From Candidatus Thorarchaeota archaeon (GTDB lineage Archaea; Asgardarchaeota; Thorarchaeia; Thorarchaeales; Thorarchaeaceae): 64,000 bases of DNA. The translations under genes and the position numbers were made by a program. The DNA lies in contig JBHLRQ010000003.1 in assembly GCA_048882385.1 (NCBI GenBank), forward strand, positions 11,126 through 75,125. The letters run 5' to 3'. Below are positions 18,350 through 27,759 of the stretch, in pieces. The notes under the pieces are model-generated. The model made no database searches. It had not been told where the DNA came from and saw nothing but the letters and a program-made list of their open reading frames with translations. The stretch's first letter is position 1. Every line of letters begins with the position of its first letter.

Positions 18350-19525
18350 CTAGCGGATTTTCAGGAGTTTTGGTAGATATGAATCTAAACGACTCAGAGC
18401 TTCTTCGATTCTCTTTGTAGAAACTGCATAACAGAGTCTTAAAAATCCCTCTCCAAAACTTCCAAAGGCAGAACCATGAACTGTTACAACATTAGTTTCT
18501 TTCAGAATTCTATGAACCAAATCATAGGATTTTATTCCAAAAGCTGAAACATCAGGAAACACATAGAATGCTCCTCCAGGCGGATCCAACTCAACTCCAT
18601 CAATGTCATCAAGTCCTTTTGTTATCAGGTCCCTTCGTTTTTTGAATGTGGCGAGCATATCTCTAATGCAATCTTGCGAACCACTCACTGCAGCTTCCGC
18701 CGCTTTCTGAGCGATTGAAGTTGGCATAGCAATGACATGTTCCTGAAGTTTGGTCATTGCCCCAATGATTTCATGTGGTCCTGTTGCTGCGGCAATTCTC
18801 CATCCAGTCATGGCATATGTCTTAGAAAGTGAAAACACCGAAATGGTTCTTTCTTTCATATCCGGCAATGAACCAATGAATAGTGGTTTCTCATTATCAT
18901 ATCTAAATTTCTCATATGCTTCATCTGCAATCACATAGAGATCGTTCTCCTTGCACACTTCTGCTATGCGTTTCAATTCATTATTGTCGATGACGCCTCC
19001 AGTTGGATTATTTGGAGAATTTAGTACAACCATCTTTGTTTTTGGAGTCAATTTATTCTCGATATCCTCAGCAGTAACTCCGAATCCATGTTCCTTCTTC
19101 AGTTGAACAGATATCGGAATTCCCTCTGCGAGTTTGATATGCGCATAATGACTTACGAAACCAGGATCTGGATATATCACCTCATCTCCTGGATTGATAA
19201 TAACTAAATTAGCAAGAACTAGCGCACCCATACCACCAGCCGTCAGAATCAGTTCGGTTTCAGGATTAGCTTCTATGTCGTTATCACGCTTTAGTTTCTT
19301 CGCAATGGCTTCACGAGATTCAATATACCCAGCATTGTGTGTATACCTAGTATATCCCTCATCTATCGCTAGTTTGGCTGCATCTTTGATGTGCTGAGGA
19401 GTATCAAAATCCGGGATACCCACTGTCATATCAAAAACATCAGTTCGACCAATAATCTTGTTGAAAATCTTGCGAATCTCACTTGCAGGAACATCTACAT
19501 TTCTTTCTGCGAGCAAATGAACCAC
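18350..19525 (-). CDS. class I/II PLP-dependent aminotransferase (aspartate aminotransferase-like)
   Basis: PLP-lysine motif SLSKTYAMTGWRIAAATGP. About 391 aa. Confidence 0.8.
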   Translation of the reverse strand: MVHLLAERNVDVPASEIRKIFNKIIGRTDVFDMTVGIPDFDTPQHIKDAAKLAIDEGYTRYTHNAGYIESREAIAKKLKRDNDIEANPETELILTAGGMGALVLANLVIINPGDEVIYPDPGFVSHYAHIKLAEGIPISVQLKKEHGFGVTAEDIENKLTPKTKMVVLNSPNNPTGGVIDNNELKRIAEVCKENDLYVIADEAYEKFRYDNEKPLFIGSLPDMKERTISVFSLSKTYAMTGWRIAAATGPHEIIGAMTKLQEHVIAMPTSIAQKAAEAAVSGSQDCIRDMLATFKKRRDLITKGLDDIDGVELDPPGGAFYVFPDVSAFGIKSYDLVHRILKETNVVTVHGSAFGSFGEGFLRLCYAVSTKRIEEALSRLDSYLPKLLKIR

Positions 19526-19642
19526 CGACGCAAATTTCTGAGTTCTAACCAGTTTATATAATCTCTCGAATGGTCATTAAAATTTAGGAAAGAATGAAGA
19601 CTCTCAGAGGAGTTTTAAGAAACGAAGACAAACATAGCAGCC

Positions 19643-20116
19643 ATGCCCAATCCAAGCGCAGATGATGTACGGAGAGCCAACATGACAACGCTAGCTGAAA
19701 CACATACAATCTATGTTGAAGCAATTCGTAGTCTAATGGGAGAGGATGGTCTCAAGGCAATCGGTGAAGCCAATCGGCTTCATGGTCTTGAACTTGGGAA
19801 GAACGCTGTTGAGCAGGGAGATCTTCGAGTTGGTGATTTTCGGTCAATTTACGAATTCTTTGAGGGAGCACATTCATACTTTGGATTCAAGCTCTCGATA
19901 GAAGAATTAACCGACAAACGCTTTGATATCAAAGTGACATATTGCCCCTGGCTTGAAGGCTTCAAAAACAAGAATGCGAGTTCAGACATCTGTTGGTGGG
20001 TGACCAAAATAGATGAAGGTATTGGACAAGCAGTGGATCCTGATTTAAGAATGACACTTCCAAAGTGCATGATGCGCGGTGATGAATACTGTATCTATAG
20101 ATGGGAGAAAGAATAG
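19643..20116 (+). CDS. hypothetical Cys-containing protein
   Basis: 157-aa ORF that overlaps the downstream RraA-like gene by 16 nt, so the two are likely co-transcribed. Confidence 0.35.
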   Translation: MPNPSADDVRRANMTTLAETHTIYVEAIRSLMGEDGLKAIGEANRLHGLELGKNAVEQGDLRVGDFRSIYEFFEGAHSYFGFKLSIEELTDKRFDIKVTYCPWLEGFKNKNASSDICWWVTKIDEGIGQAVDPDLRMTLPKCMMRGDEYCIYRWEKE

Positions 20117-20784
20117 CAATGGTGGACAGAAATTCAATTATTGAGAGAACCATGAAACTCTATGTGGCTGCACTATCTGACGCTGCAGATGAGATTGGTC
20201 TCGGACTTGTCTGTATGGATAGGGGAATAATCCCACTAACAAAGAATGTACGAATGGCTGGGTTTGCAAGAACTGGAAAACTAGTACGTTCTCCTGCAAC
20301 TCGACCCTATGATGAAAAACAACTAGATATCTTCATGAGCTTAGCAACAGATGCTATTGATGGTGACATCATTGTCATTGATATGGCAGGAGCAACTGAT
20401 TGTTCAGCCTGGGGTCAGATTCTAACCAAGATTGGGATGCCAAGAGGTGTGAGAGGTGCAGTCGTTGATGGAACATCTCGTGACATCCATGATATTGACA
20501 AGATGAATTTTGCAGTCTTTGCGCGAGGTAGACACCCTGGTACTATGAGAGGTCGTTTGGATATGGAATCTGTCCAGAAGTCTATCGTGTGTGGAGGAGT
20601 AACAGTCAATTCTGGTGATCTGATATTTGGAGATGGTGATGGAGTTGTGGTAATTCCTGCTGACAAGATAGATGAAGTACTTGCTCATGCTGAAGAGGTT
20701 GTAGCAACAGATGGGTGGTGGTCGGACAAACTTGACGAGGGTGAAGATCCCCACGATCTTCACAAAGAGAAACCTATACCATAA
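20101..20784 (+). CDS. RraA-family protein (HMG/CHA aldolase / RraA-like)
   Basis: IVIDMAGATDCSAWG, VVDGTSRD, VNSGDLIFGDGDGVVVIP. These are typical RraA/MenG-fold motifs. Confidence 0.7.
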   Translation: MGERIAMVDRNSIIERTMKLYVAALSDAADEIGLGLVCMDRGIIPLTKNVRMAGFARTGKLVRSPATRPYDEKQLDIFMSLATDAIDGDIIVIDMAGATDCSAWGQILTKIGMPRGVRGAVVDGTSRDIHDIDKMNFAVFARGRHPGTMRGRLDMESVQKSIVCGGVTVNSGDLIFGDGDGVVVIPADKIDEVLAHAEEVVATDGWWSDKLDEGEDPHDLHKEKPIP

Positions 20785-21912
20785 TCAGGATATGGGATAC
20801 ACACCTTTCTTCTTTGCATAATCGTAAAGCTCGAGTATCTTTTCTGGTGTTGATTCTGGTTGAATGTTGTGCGCAGGTGCAAGAATGTATCCACCACCTG
20901 GAGCCAATGCCTTCAGCCTTGTTTCAACCTCCTGCCTGACATCCTCAATGGTTCCCTGAGCTGACATGGCGTGCTGAAGGTCGATACCACCATGAAATGT
21001 GAGTTTCTCTCCGTATTTCTCCTTAAGACTAGCAGAATTCATTCCTTTTGCTAATGGTTGGATCGGATTGAGAATGTCAACATCTACTTCGATTAGGTCT
21101 CCAATCATGGGCTCTATTGCACCGCATGAATGATAGAGTATTTTTATGTGAGGAGCTCTTCGATGAATATCAGAGTAGATTTTCTTGTGTCTGTGTTTGA
21201 CCATTTTTCTATACATTCTTGGACTCATTATCAAACCATCTTGATGTCCTAAATCATCGCCGACTTGAACAATATCCAGATAGTCCCCAACCTCATCCAA
21301 GAATACTCTGTTCAATTCAAGTGCAAGATTCATGCTCTTTTCCATCATTGCTTCAGCAAGGTCTGGTCTTTTGATTAGGTCTACTAGAAATTTGTCAAAT
21401 CCTCTCATGTAATGAGCCACGACTTCAAAAACACCCCAAGGCCCTCCCACCATGCCCACAACACCATAGACAGTTTCTTCGTGGAGATGCTTTGCCCATT
21501 TTGCAACTCCATTCATTTTTGTAGGATCATCGGGATTAATCCAATCAAACTCTTCAACCTCTTCGACTTCCGTAAACTCAGCCCATGGATAATATGTCAC
21601 TTCATAGTATCCGCCAATCAGTTTCATACCACATTTGAATTCGGTTTCAATAGATCCATCAGGTAGTGGACTTGGTTCGAAATCTTCTGATGTCTTCATG
21701 TATACTCTTCGGAAATCAACACTCAACCGTTTTAGTAATTCTTCAGAAGTTTTCCATTCAGACATAATTCCCCATTCTTGAGTTTCAGGTGCAGTGATTC
21801 CCAGATGGTCCCGGAGATTCTCGTATGCCTGAGGCGTGGTCCAGTAATCTAATGGAACCCTGTCCGGTTCTTCGTGGTTGACGGTAGCATGGAATCTCTC
21901 TCTTGGCTTCAT
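20785..21912 (-). CDS. uroporphyrinogen-decarboxylase (URO-D) superfamily protein, MtaA/MtbA-like methyltransferase
   Basis: N-terminus MKPRERFHATVNHEEPDRVPLDYW is typical of URO-D/MtaA proteins. About 375 aa. Confidence 0.55.
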   Translation of the reverse strand: MKPRERFHATVNHEEPDRVPLDYWTTPQAYENLRDHLGITAPETQEWGIMSEWKTSEELLKRLSVDFRRVYMKTSEDFEPSPLPDGSIETEFKCGMKLIGGYYEVTYYPWAEFTEVEEVEEFDWINPDDPTKMNGVAKWAKHLHEETVYGVVGMVGGPWGVFEVVAHYMRGFDKFLVDLIKRPDLAEAMMEKSMNLALELNRVFLDEVGDYLDIVQVGDDLGHQDGLIMSPRMYRKMVKHRHKKIYSDIHRRAPHIKILYHSCGAIEPMIGDLIEVDVDILNPIQPLAKGMNSASLKEKYGEKLTFHGGIDLQHAMSAQGTIEDVRQEVETRLKALAPGGGYILAPAHNIQPESTPEKILELYDYAKKKGVYPIS

Positions 21913-22016
21913 CAGATTTCCTCATTTTTATAATCCATATTAAATTGAGATTAGACCGCAGTCTTTAATTAATCGGTACACTATCTGACATTTCCAGTAT
22001 CAATGGAGAGAATGAT

Positions 22017-23399
22017 ATGGTCAACATCAAGAAGGTTACAACTCTTCTCCAAAAGGTTGTAGCCCCAAGTCGAGTCACTGACAGAAAATTCGACATGCTT
22101 CCTTATAGTCGCGACTTGAGTCCCGCAGACCAAAAGATGCCAACTCATGTTGTGATGCCCGAATCCCGAGAGGAGATTCAAGCTATTCTAAAGATAGCAA
22201 ATGATGAGAATGTACCTGTCTATATCCGTGGTGGTGGTACATCTCATTGGGATGCATACCTCCCACAAGAACCTGGAATCATGCTTGACTTAGGTCGGAT
22301 GAATAAGATCGTTGATATCAACGATAGAGACCTCGTGGCAACAGTTCAACCTAACTGTACTTGGGCCAAACTAGACCAAGAACTACGAAAACAGGGACTT
22401 ACTTACCTCTGCAGTGAGGCTGGTGGACCAGCTATGACGATTGGAGGTTCTGTTATGAAAGCTGGGGGAGGTCCACACTCAACTGCAAAGTTTGGTTTCC
22501 ATGGCAAAGATGACATTGTAACACTTGAAATGGTTCTGCCAAATGGTGACATTGTTGAAACTGGTTCTGCTGCATGGCCAAGTGCAGGAAAATTCAAACG
22601 CCAGTGCCTTGGACCTGACCTTGCTGGGATGTTCATAGGAGCTGAAGGAATTCTTGGAATCTGTACTGAACTCTCAATTCGAATTCGCCCAGTGACTGAT
22701 GTTTCAGAGAGACTAACTGCTACCATGAAAACACTTGATGATGTCATAGAATTTGGTCATTTTATCAATCAACATGTGGGAGATGAATATATGCAGGGCA
22801 TCTATCTGTGGGTAGACCCGTCAGCACCTGATGTATTCTTCTTGATGATGGATATTTTTGGATATGAAAAGGAAATAGTTGTTCACAGAAAGAAGAGGAT
22901 AATAGAGAAACTCAAAGAGTTAGGTGGTGAGATCGGAGACCGTGCGCCAGCAGATGATTATTTCGGGAGGATTCTGACTGGTCTCACAGACTTATTCAAT
23001 ACAGGCGTCTGGCATTTCTTCGGAGCTGGGTCTCTAAGGATTGATGATATAACGTTCCTTTACAAGGTCTGGAAAGAGGAACTGATTGAGAAACGAGGAT
23101 ACACAAAGGCTGGTTTTGGTGGCCAAATACTCCCTAGAGACTGGCTTGCATTCATGGTGACTAATTATAGAGAACCTGAAGAATGGCAAGAACTAGTGAA
23201 GATGGCTGATGAGATAGATGAAATTACTCTAAGAGGCCCAGTCGTCCCGTATGGAATCGGTGGTCGTGATGGGCTTCGAAAATTTGTTGCTGAGAGGGAT
23301 ACAGGTTACTACAGATTGCTAAAGACACTCAAGAAGACACTTGACCCCAATAACATCTTGCAACGAGGAATCTTCATACCTGTGGAGGAATTACGTTGA
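22017..23399 (+). CDS. FAD-linked oxidase (GlcD-like), paralogue of 12105-13511
   Basis: 460 aa with a PCMH-type FAD-binding domain pattern (VYIRGGGTSHWDA...). Its stop overlaps the following CCG protein by 4 nt. Confidence 0.75.
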   Translation: MVNIKKVTTLLQKVVAPSRVTDRKFDMLPYSRDLSPADQKMPTHVVMPESREEIQAILKIANDENVPVYIRGGGTSHWDAYLPQEPGIMLDLGRMNKIVDINDRDLVATVQPNCTWAKLDQELRKQGLTYLCSEAGGPAMTIGGSVMKAGGGPHSTAKFGFHGKDDIVTLEMVLPNGDIVETGSAAWPSAGKFKRQCLGPDLAGMFIGAEGILGICTELSIRIRPVTDVSERLTATMKTLDDVIEFGHFINQHVGDEYMQGIYLWVDPSAPDVFFLMMDIFGYEKEIVVHRKKRIIEKLKELGGEIGDRAPADDYFGRILTGLTDLFNTGVWHFFGAGSLRIDDITFLYKVWKEELIEKRGYTKAGFGGQILPRDWLAFMVTNYREPEEWQELVKMADEIDEITLRGPVVPYGIGGRDGLRKFVAERDTGYYRLLKTLKKTLDPNNILQRGIFIPVEELR

Positions 23400-24592
23400 A
23401 AATCGATGAATACAAGGATATGATCTACGCGTGTGGTAGATGCGAATTCTGCCGAGGAAATGACTACAATGACCGTTGTCCAGAGATCTTCACCCAATAT
23501 TGGGAGTCCTCCACTGCACGAGGTCGAATGGCAATTGCTCGTTCAATACTAGAAGGCAAATTGGACTATTCTGAAGAGCTTGCTGAGAGAATCTTTGGCT
23601 GTTTTATGTGCGGAAGATGCAGAGAAGAATGCAAAAAGGCTGCGCAGATCGATGTGATAGCGATTACAAAAGCGATGCGTCAAGACTTCGTTGACAAAGG
23701 CATCAAGATTCCTGAAGCTGGGGCTAACATGGCTGATACAGTAACCTCCTCTGGTAACATCTTCGCAGATCCTCACAAAGTACACAACAAATGGGCTGAG
23801 GGACTTGAGTTCAAAGAGGGCTCAGGAACACTATTCTACCCTGGTTGTCTGGCCAGTCATCGATTTAAGGAAAAAACTCACATCTTAGTCCAACTTCTTC
23901 AGGCTGCTGGATATAATCTTGACTTCCTGGGTGATGAACAAGACTGTTGTGGGACTCCATATTGGATAACAGGGAAAATGGAAAACGCAACAGAATATGC
24001 CCGGAATTATCTGAAGAAACTACAAGAACGGGGAGTAAAGGAATTAATAACTCCTTGTCCAAGTTGCTTCAGAGCTTTTGATGAAGAGTATCCACATCTT
24101 CTTGGAATAGAGGAGTTTCCAATCAAGATTCGTCACACAAGTGAAGTCCTCCAGGAGATTGTTGATAAGAAGAAGCTGAAACTCAACGTTTCTATAACCA
24201 AAAAAGTAACCTATCATGATCCTTGTGAAATTGGACGATATCGTGACATCTACGAGCCTCCGCGTAGGGTTCTTGAAGCTATTCCGGGAATAGAATTTGT
24301 AGAGATGCGGAAGAACCGTGGACAGGCATTCTGTTGTGGTGGAGGTGGAGGATGTAAAATCATGTTTCCCGAACATTCACAGACTGTATCAAACGAGCGT
24401 ATTCGAAACTTTACAGAAACTAATGCTGAGCTCATGGTAACAATCTGTCCAGCATGTGAAATGAACCTCACACATGGAATGTATGAAGCTGATTTAGATG
24501 TCCGTGTATTGGATGTCGCAGAAATAATGGCAGTTTCAGCAGGAATAGTTGATGCTGAAATCCTAGAGCCCGATTATTTTCCTGAGGATTGA
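23396..24592 (+). CDS. Fe-S oxidoreductase with ferredoxin and CCG domains (GlcF/HdrD-like), paralogue of 10939-12102
   Basis: CGRCEFCRGN, CFMCGRCREEC, FCCGGGGGC, TICPACEMNL. Confidence 0.75.
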   Translation: MKIDEYKDMIYACGRCEFCRGNDYNDRCPEIFTQYWESSTARGRMAIARSILEGKLDYSEELAERIFGCFMCGRCREECKKAAQIDVIAITKAMRQDFVDKGIKIPEAGANMADTVTSSGNIFADPHKVHNKWAEGLEFKEGSGTLFYPGCLASHRFKEKTHILVQLLQAAGYNLDFLGDEQDCCGTPYWITGKMENATEYARNYLKKLQERGVKELITPCPSCFRAFDEEYPHLLGIEEFPIKIRHTSEVLQEIVDKKKLKLNVSITKKVTYHDPCEIGRYRDIYEPPRRVLEAIPGIEFVEMRKNRGQAFCCGGGGGCKIMFPEHSQTVSNERIRNFTETNAELMVTICPACEMNLTHGMYEADLDVRVLDVAEIMAVSAGIVDAEILEPDYFPED

Positions 24593-24623
24593 TTGTGGGC
24601 ATTCTACGCCCCATATCCTCTCT

Positions 24624-24914
24624 TTATCCCCCAACAGCTGCAATCATAAAGACAACCAGGTCGCCTTTCGAGAGTTTTGTTTTATCGCCTTTCTTTGCTA
24701 CCATATTCATTCCATTAACTACAACAATGGCGTCGCGTCTAAGAACTCTCTTTTCAGTATCTTCAAGATACACTTCAAACTGCTCCCCAAATTCTTCGTG
24801 AAGATCATCAATTAGGTCTCTGACCGTAGCATCATCTTTAGTTTCGAATGTGAATTTGTTGTGTTCATCGTACTTGAGACCCTTATTCATTAACTTCACA
24901 AACACTTCTGTCAA
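24624..24914 (-). CDS. MoaD/ThiS-type ubiquitin-like beta-grasp protein ending in Gly-Gly
   Basis: 96 aa with C-terminal ...FMIAAVGG*. The size and the diglycine terminus are typical of sulfur-carrier/SAMP-like proteins. Confidence 0.5.
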   Translation of the reverse strand: MTEVFVKLMNKGLKYDEHNKFTFETKDDATVRDLIDDLHEEFGEQFEVYLEDTEKRVLRRDAIVVVNGMNMVAKKGDKTKLSKGDLVVFMIAAVGG

Positions 24915-25107
24915 CTGTAACCTTCACCACTTGCTCTGTTTAATACATGGTTAAGACTTAAATTAAGTATGTCGCAGTAGTCCTTAGACGCATCGCCCAC
25001 CATTAACCATAATGGATGAGGGTCGGGGCAAGAATCTTAAGCGATTTAGATTGCTAAACGTTGTCGCCCAAAGACGTAGATAAACACTGATACCGGTTGA
25101 GATTGAA

Positions 25108-25890
25108 TTGGCAGGAAAAGCAGCAAAACCGACATTAAGAGAATGGCTCGCTCAGCACGGAAGGAATGAACCTATTCATTACAAAGAGATTGCAGAAGCT
25201 CTTGAGCGGGATCCGGCATCAGTTTCAGCCTCTTTATCAATAGAATGGAAACAAGCTCAGGAAGATAATAGACCTGCGTACTTCGTTCGGACAGGGCCTG
25301 GTTTGTACCAGTATAATGATTTGTGTGAAGGAGCAGTTGATGAAGAGCTGATTTCAGAGGTTAGTGCAAGAGCTGATGACTTTAACCGGGCTACAAGACG
25401 TGAAATGCGTCTTGAGATATCAAAGCTTGATATTGAAGGATTCAATGATTTAGCGAAAATAGTGCTATTGAATGTTCGAGCTCGTGTTGAAGAAGCTGAA
25501 GAAGTTCAGAGATACAATGGAAATGTTGTCTTAGTGACTTCTTGGCGAGATGATGGCGGCAGATCACCTGTTGTAGTCTATGCTAAAAAATGCAGGATGG
25601 ATGAGAAAATCGGTGTTGATCTTATACGTGAGATTCGTGGAACACTTCCTAATTATCAAGCTAACCAGGGTGTTTTGATTACAAACGGTATCGTTTCTGA
25701 TGAAGGCAAACAGGAAGCCCTTGGTTACAGGGAGAAGAATCTGAAGGTATCAGTGCCACCTGTTCACATAATGGATATCGAAATTATTCTCAACGTTCTT
25801 CTAGAGAGCAGAACTGGTGTACGCGCCAAGAGGGTTGAAGTTTTATTGCTGGATATTGACTTTTTCAAACGATTGCGCCATTCAACCTAG
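25108..25890 (+). CDS. restriction-endonuclease-fold (Mrr-cat / PD-(D/E)xK) protein with N-terminal winged-helix
   Basis: VVLVTSWRDDGGRSPVVVYAKKCRMDEKIGVDLIREIRG...NQGVLITNGIVSDEGKQEA fits the Mrr catalytic-domain pattern (D..E.K, then G.hhTt..F). TTG start in the ORF track. It sits as a solitary gene between AT-rich spacers. Confidence 0.5.
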   Translation: MAGKAAKPTLREWLAQHGRNEPIHYKEIAEALERDPASVSASLSIEWKQAQEDNRPAYFVRTGPGLYQYNDLCEGAVDEELISEVSARADDFNRATRREMRLEISKLDIEGFNDLAKIVLLNVRARVEEAEEVQRYNGNVVLVTSWRDDGGRSPVVVYAKKCRMDEKIGVDLIREIRGTLPNYQANQGVLITNGIVSDEGKQEALGYREKNLKVSVPPVHIMDIEIILNVLLESRTGVRAKRVEVLLLDIDFFKRLRHST

Positions 25891-25967
25891 TTGAATTAAC
25901 CTCTTTAACTAGTCGTACTAAGTTAAAGTGGAAGTTAAAGAGAAATTCCGTCAAATGAGATTTTTTT

Positions 25968-25981
25968 ACGTCAATTGACGT
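25968..25981. promoter_or_regulatory. perfect 14-bp palindrome ACGTCAATTGACGT flanked by T-tracts
   Basis: Read directly in the spacer after the Mrr-like gene and before the permease gene. It is flanked by TTTTTTT and TATTTTTT. Confidence 0.3.
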
Positions 25982-26083
25982 ATTTTTTAGAAAAGCTTCT
26001 CTTATCGTGGTTTTCATTCAAATGTTCAACTGATTATAATGACCTGATTCTTTAAATATCAGGAAATGTCTTGTAGTGAACCA

Positions 26084-26110
26084 TCACGATACGATCGTAT
26101 TCTGTCGTGA
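26084..26110. promoter_or_regulatory. nested palindrome TCACGATACGATCGTAT-tctg-TCGTGA
   Basis: Core 12-bp perfect palindrome ATACGATCGTAT (26089-26100) with outer TCACGA/TCGTGA arms. It lies about 30 nt upstream of the permease start. Confidence 0.3.
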
Positions 26111-26137
26111 GAGAGAAAATATAGGAGAACACGCAAT

Positions 26138-27673
26138 TTGAGTGAGGAAGAAAAGCTCCTCTTCGTGCGAGAGAGCTCCGGTCTTGTAAAAGAAGTCGGA
26201 ACTGGTTTTGCCCTTCTTCTCCCCATTGCCCTAACACTCGGACCATGGTTCCACTATTTTGGACCACAGGTCTCCACTTGGTATCCAGGTGCGCATCTAT
26301 TACCAATGTATGCATTGGGTGCAGGAATTGTATTCTTTGAAGCACTTGCACTCATGTGTCTGATGCTTGCCATGCCAAGATCGGGTGCGTCATACCACTT
26401 CACTGGAAGAGGTCTGAGCCCCATATTCGGTGTGATGGAAGGTTGGCGAAGTGTAATTACCAACCCAGTCTTTAGAGGAACTGGAAGCTTTTTCGCTGTA
26501 CAAATATTCGCAGGTGGTTTGACAGTTATTGGAACTGCTACAGGCAATACAACGTTGCTAGCCTTTGCAACATCCCTAGGTGGCGACCTAATAGTATTGT
26601 TCACAGCTGCGGTCTTGATGATTCTTGTCGGATTCATCTTTAGCTATCTCAGTGTAAAATGGCTGGGATGGTTTACGATTATCCTAGGTATCATCAATAT
26701 AGCGGCGTTGCTGGTAGCAGATCTTGTTATGATAGCAACTCCAATAACACAATCAGTCTGGGAAGCTTCGATGGGTTCCGGTAGTTGGGCTCCAATCGCT
26801 GCATTTGACAACTCTGCATATGTGAACTTTGACGTCGGGGCGGTAGGTGGCGCACTCCTCCTAACTGTGGGAGGTATGTGGCCATACCTGATCATGCCCG
26901 TGGCTGGTGAAGTTTCACAACCAAGTAGGAATATTCCACTGAGCAACATCGGTGGCTGGGCTGGCATTGCTGGCTTCTTCCTACTATCAGCATTCGCAGT
27001 TGAGAGCAGCATGGGACCAAACCTATACGGCATCAATCTCGCTGGTGGTGTGTTCCCAGGTTTCGGTAACTACGCAGCAGTCATTCTTGGTGCTAATCCA
27101 CTCGCATGGTTCGTGATCTTATGTCCGGTCTTTGCGAGCGTGTTAGACTCACCGAGTAATGCTCTGTGGGTGACGCGACCAATGCACTCGATGGCTATGG
27201 ACAGATTCTGTCCTGAGGCATTTGCAAGAGTCCATCCGAAGTATCACGTACCACACATTACATTGTGGTTCTGGCTGATTCTTTCAATTGGAACTGTTGC
27301 ATACGCTACAGCTCTGGAACTATTCTTTGGCACTGCACTTGCATCACTGATAGGTGTAGCATATACCTATGTCTTCATACGGTGGCAAATGGCGTTAGCT
27401 GCGGTATCCTTACCGTACTATCGACCGACGCTGTGGGAGCGAAGTGGTGCTTGGAAGATCTTGGGAATACCGTTGATTTCAATCGGTGGACTCGTATCAG
27501 GTGCTATGTTCTTCTGGGCTATCATTGCGTACGTGCCCGGATTGCCTTACGAGGTTGCCTTCACAGTTCTAGTGTACTTCATAGGTCAACTGGCCTACAT
27601 GTACTATGGAGCCAAGAACAAGGCGAAAGGCATCGAGATGTCAGCCATCTTTGGACAACTACCGCCAGAATAA
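26138..27673 (+). CDS. polytopic membrane transporter (APC-superfamily-like permease)
   Basis: 511 aa with about 12 predicted hydrophobic helices. TTG start in the ORF track. The family assignment is tentative. Confidence 0.5.
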   Translation: MSEEEKLLFVRESSGLVKEVGTGFALLLPIALTLGPWFHYFGPQVSTWYPGAHLLPMYALGAGIVFFEALALMCLMLAMPRSGASYHFTGRGLSPIFGVMEGWRSVITNPVFRGTGSFFAVQIFAGGLTVIGTATGNTTLLAFATSLGGDLIVLFTAAVLMILVGFIFSYLSVKWLGWFTIILGIINIAALLVADLVMIATPITQSVWEASMGSGSWAPIAAFDNSAYVNFDVGAVGGALLLTVGGMWPYLIMPVAGEVSQPSRNIPLSNIGGWAGIAGFFLLSAFAVESSMGPNLYGINLAGGVFPGFGNYAAVILGANPLAWFVILCPVFASVLDSPSNALWVTRPMHSMAMDRFCPEAFARVHPKYHVPHITLWFWLILSIGTVAYATALELFFGTALASLIGVAYTYVFIRWQMALAAVSLPYYRPTLWERSGAWKILGIPLISIGGLVSGAMFFWAIIAYVPGLPYEVAFTVLVYFIGQLAYMYYGAKNKAKGIEMSAIFGQLPPE

Positions 27674-27759
27674 ACCAATATAAGTTGAAGAGAGCAGCAA
27701 GCTCTCTTCTTCCCTTTTCTTTTATCAACCATCACAGAAATCCTTGAAACTTCAAAGAT

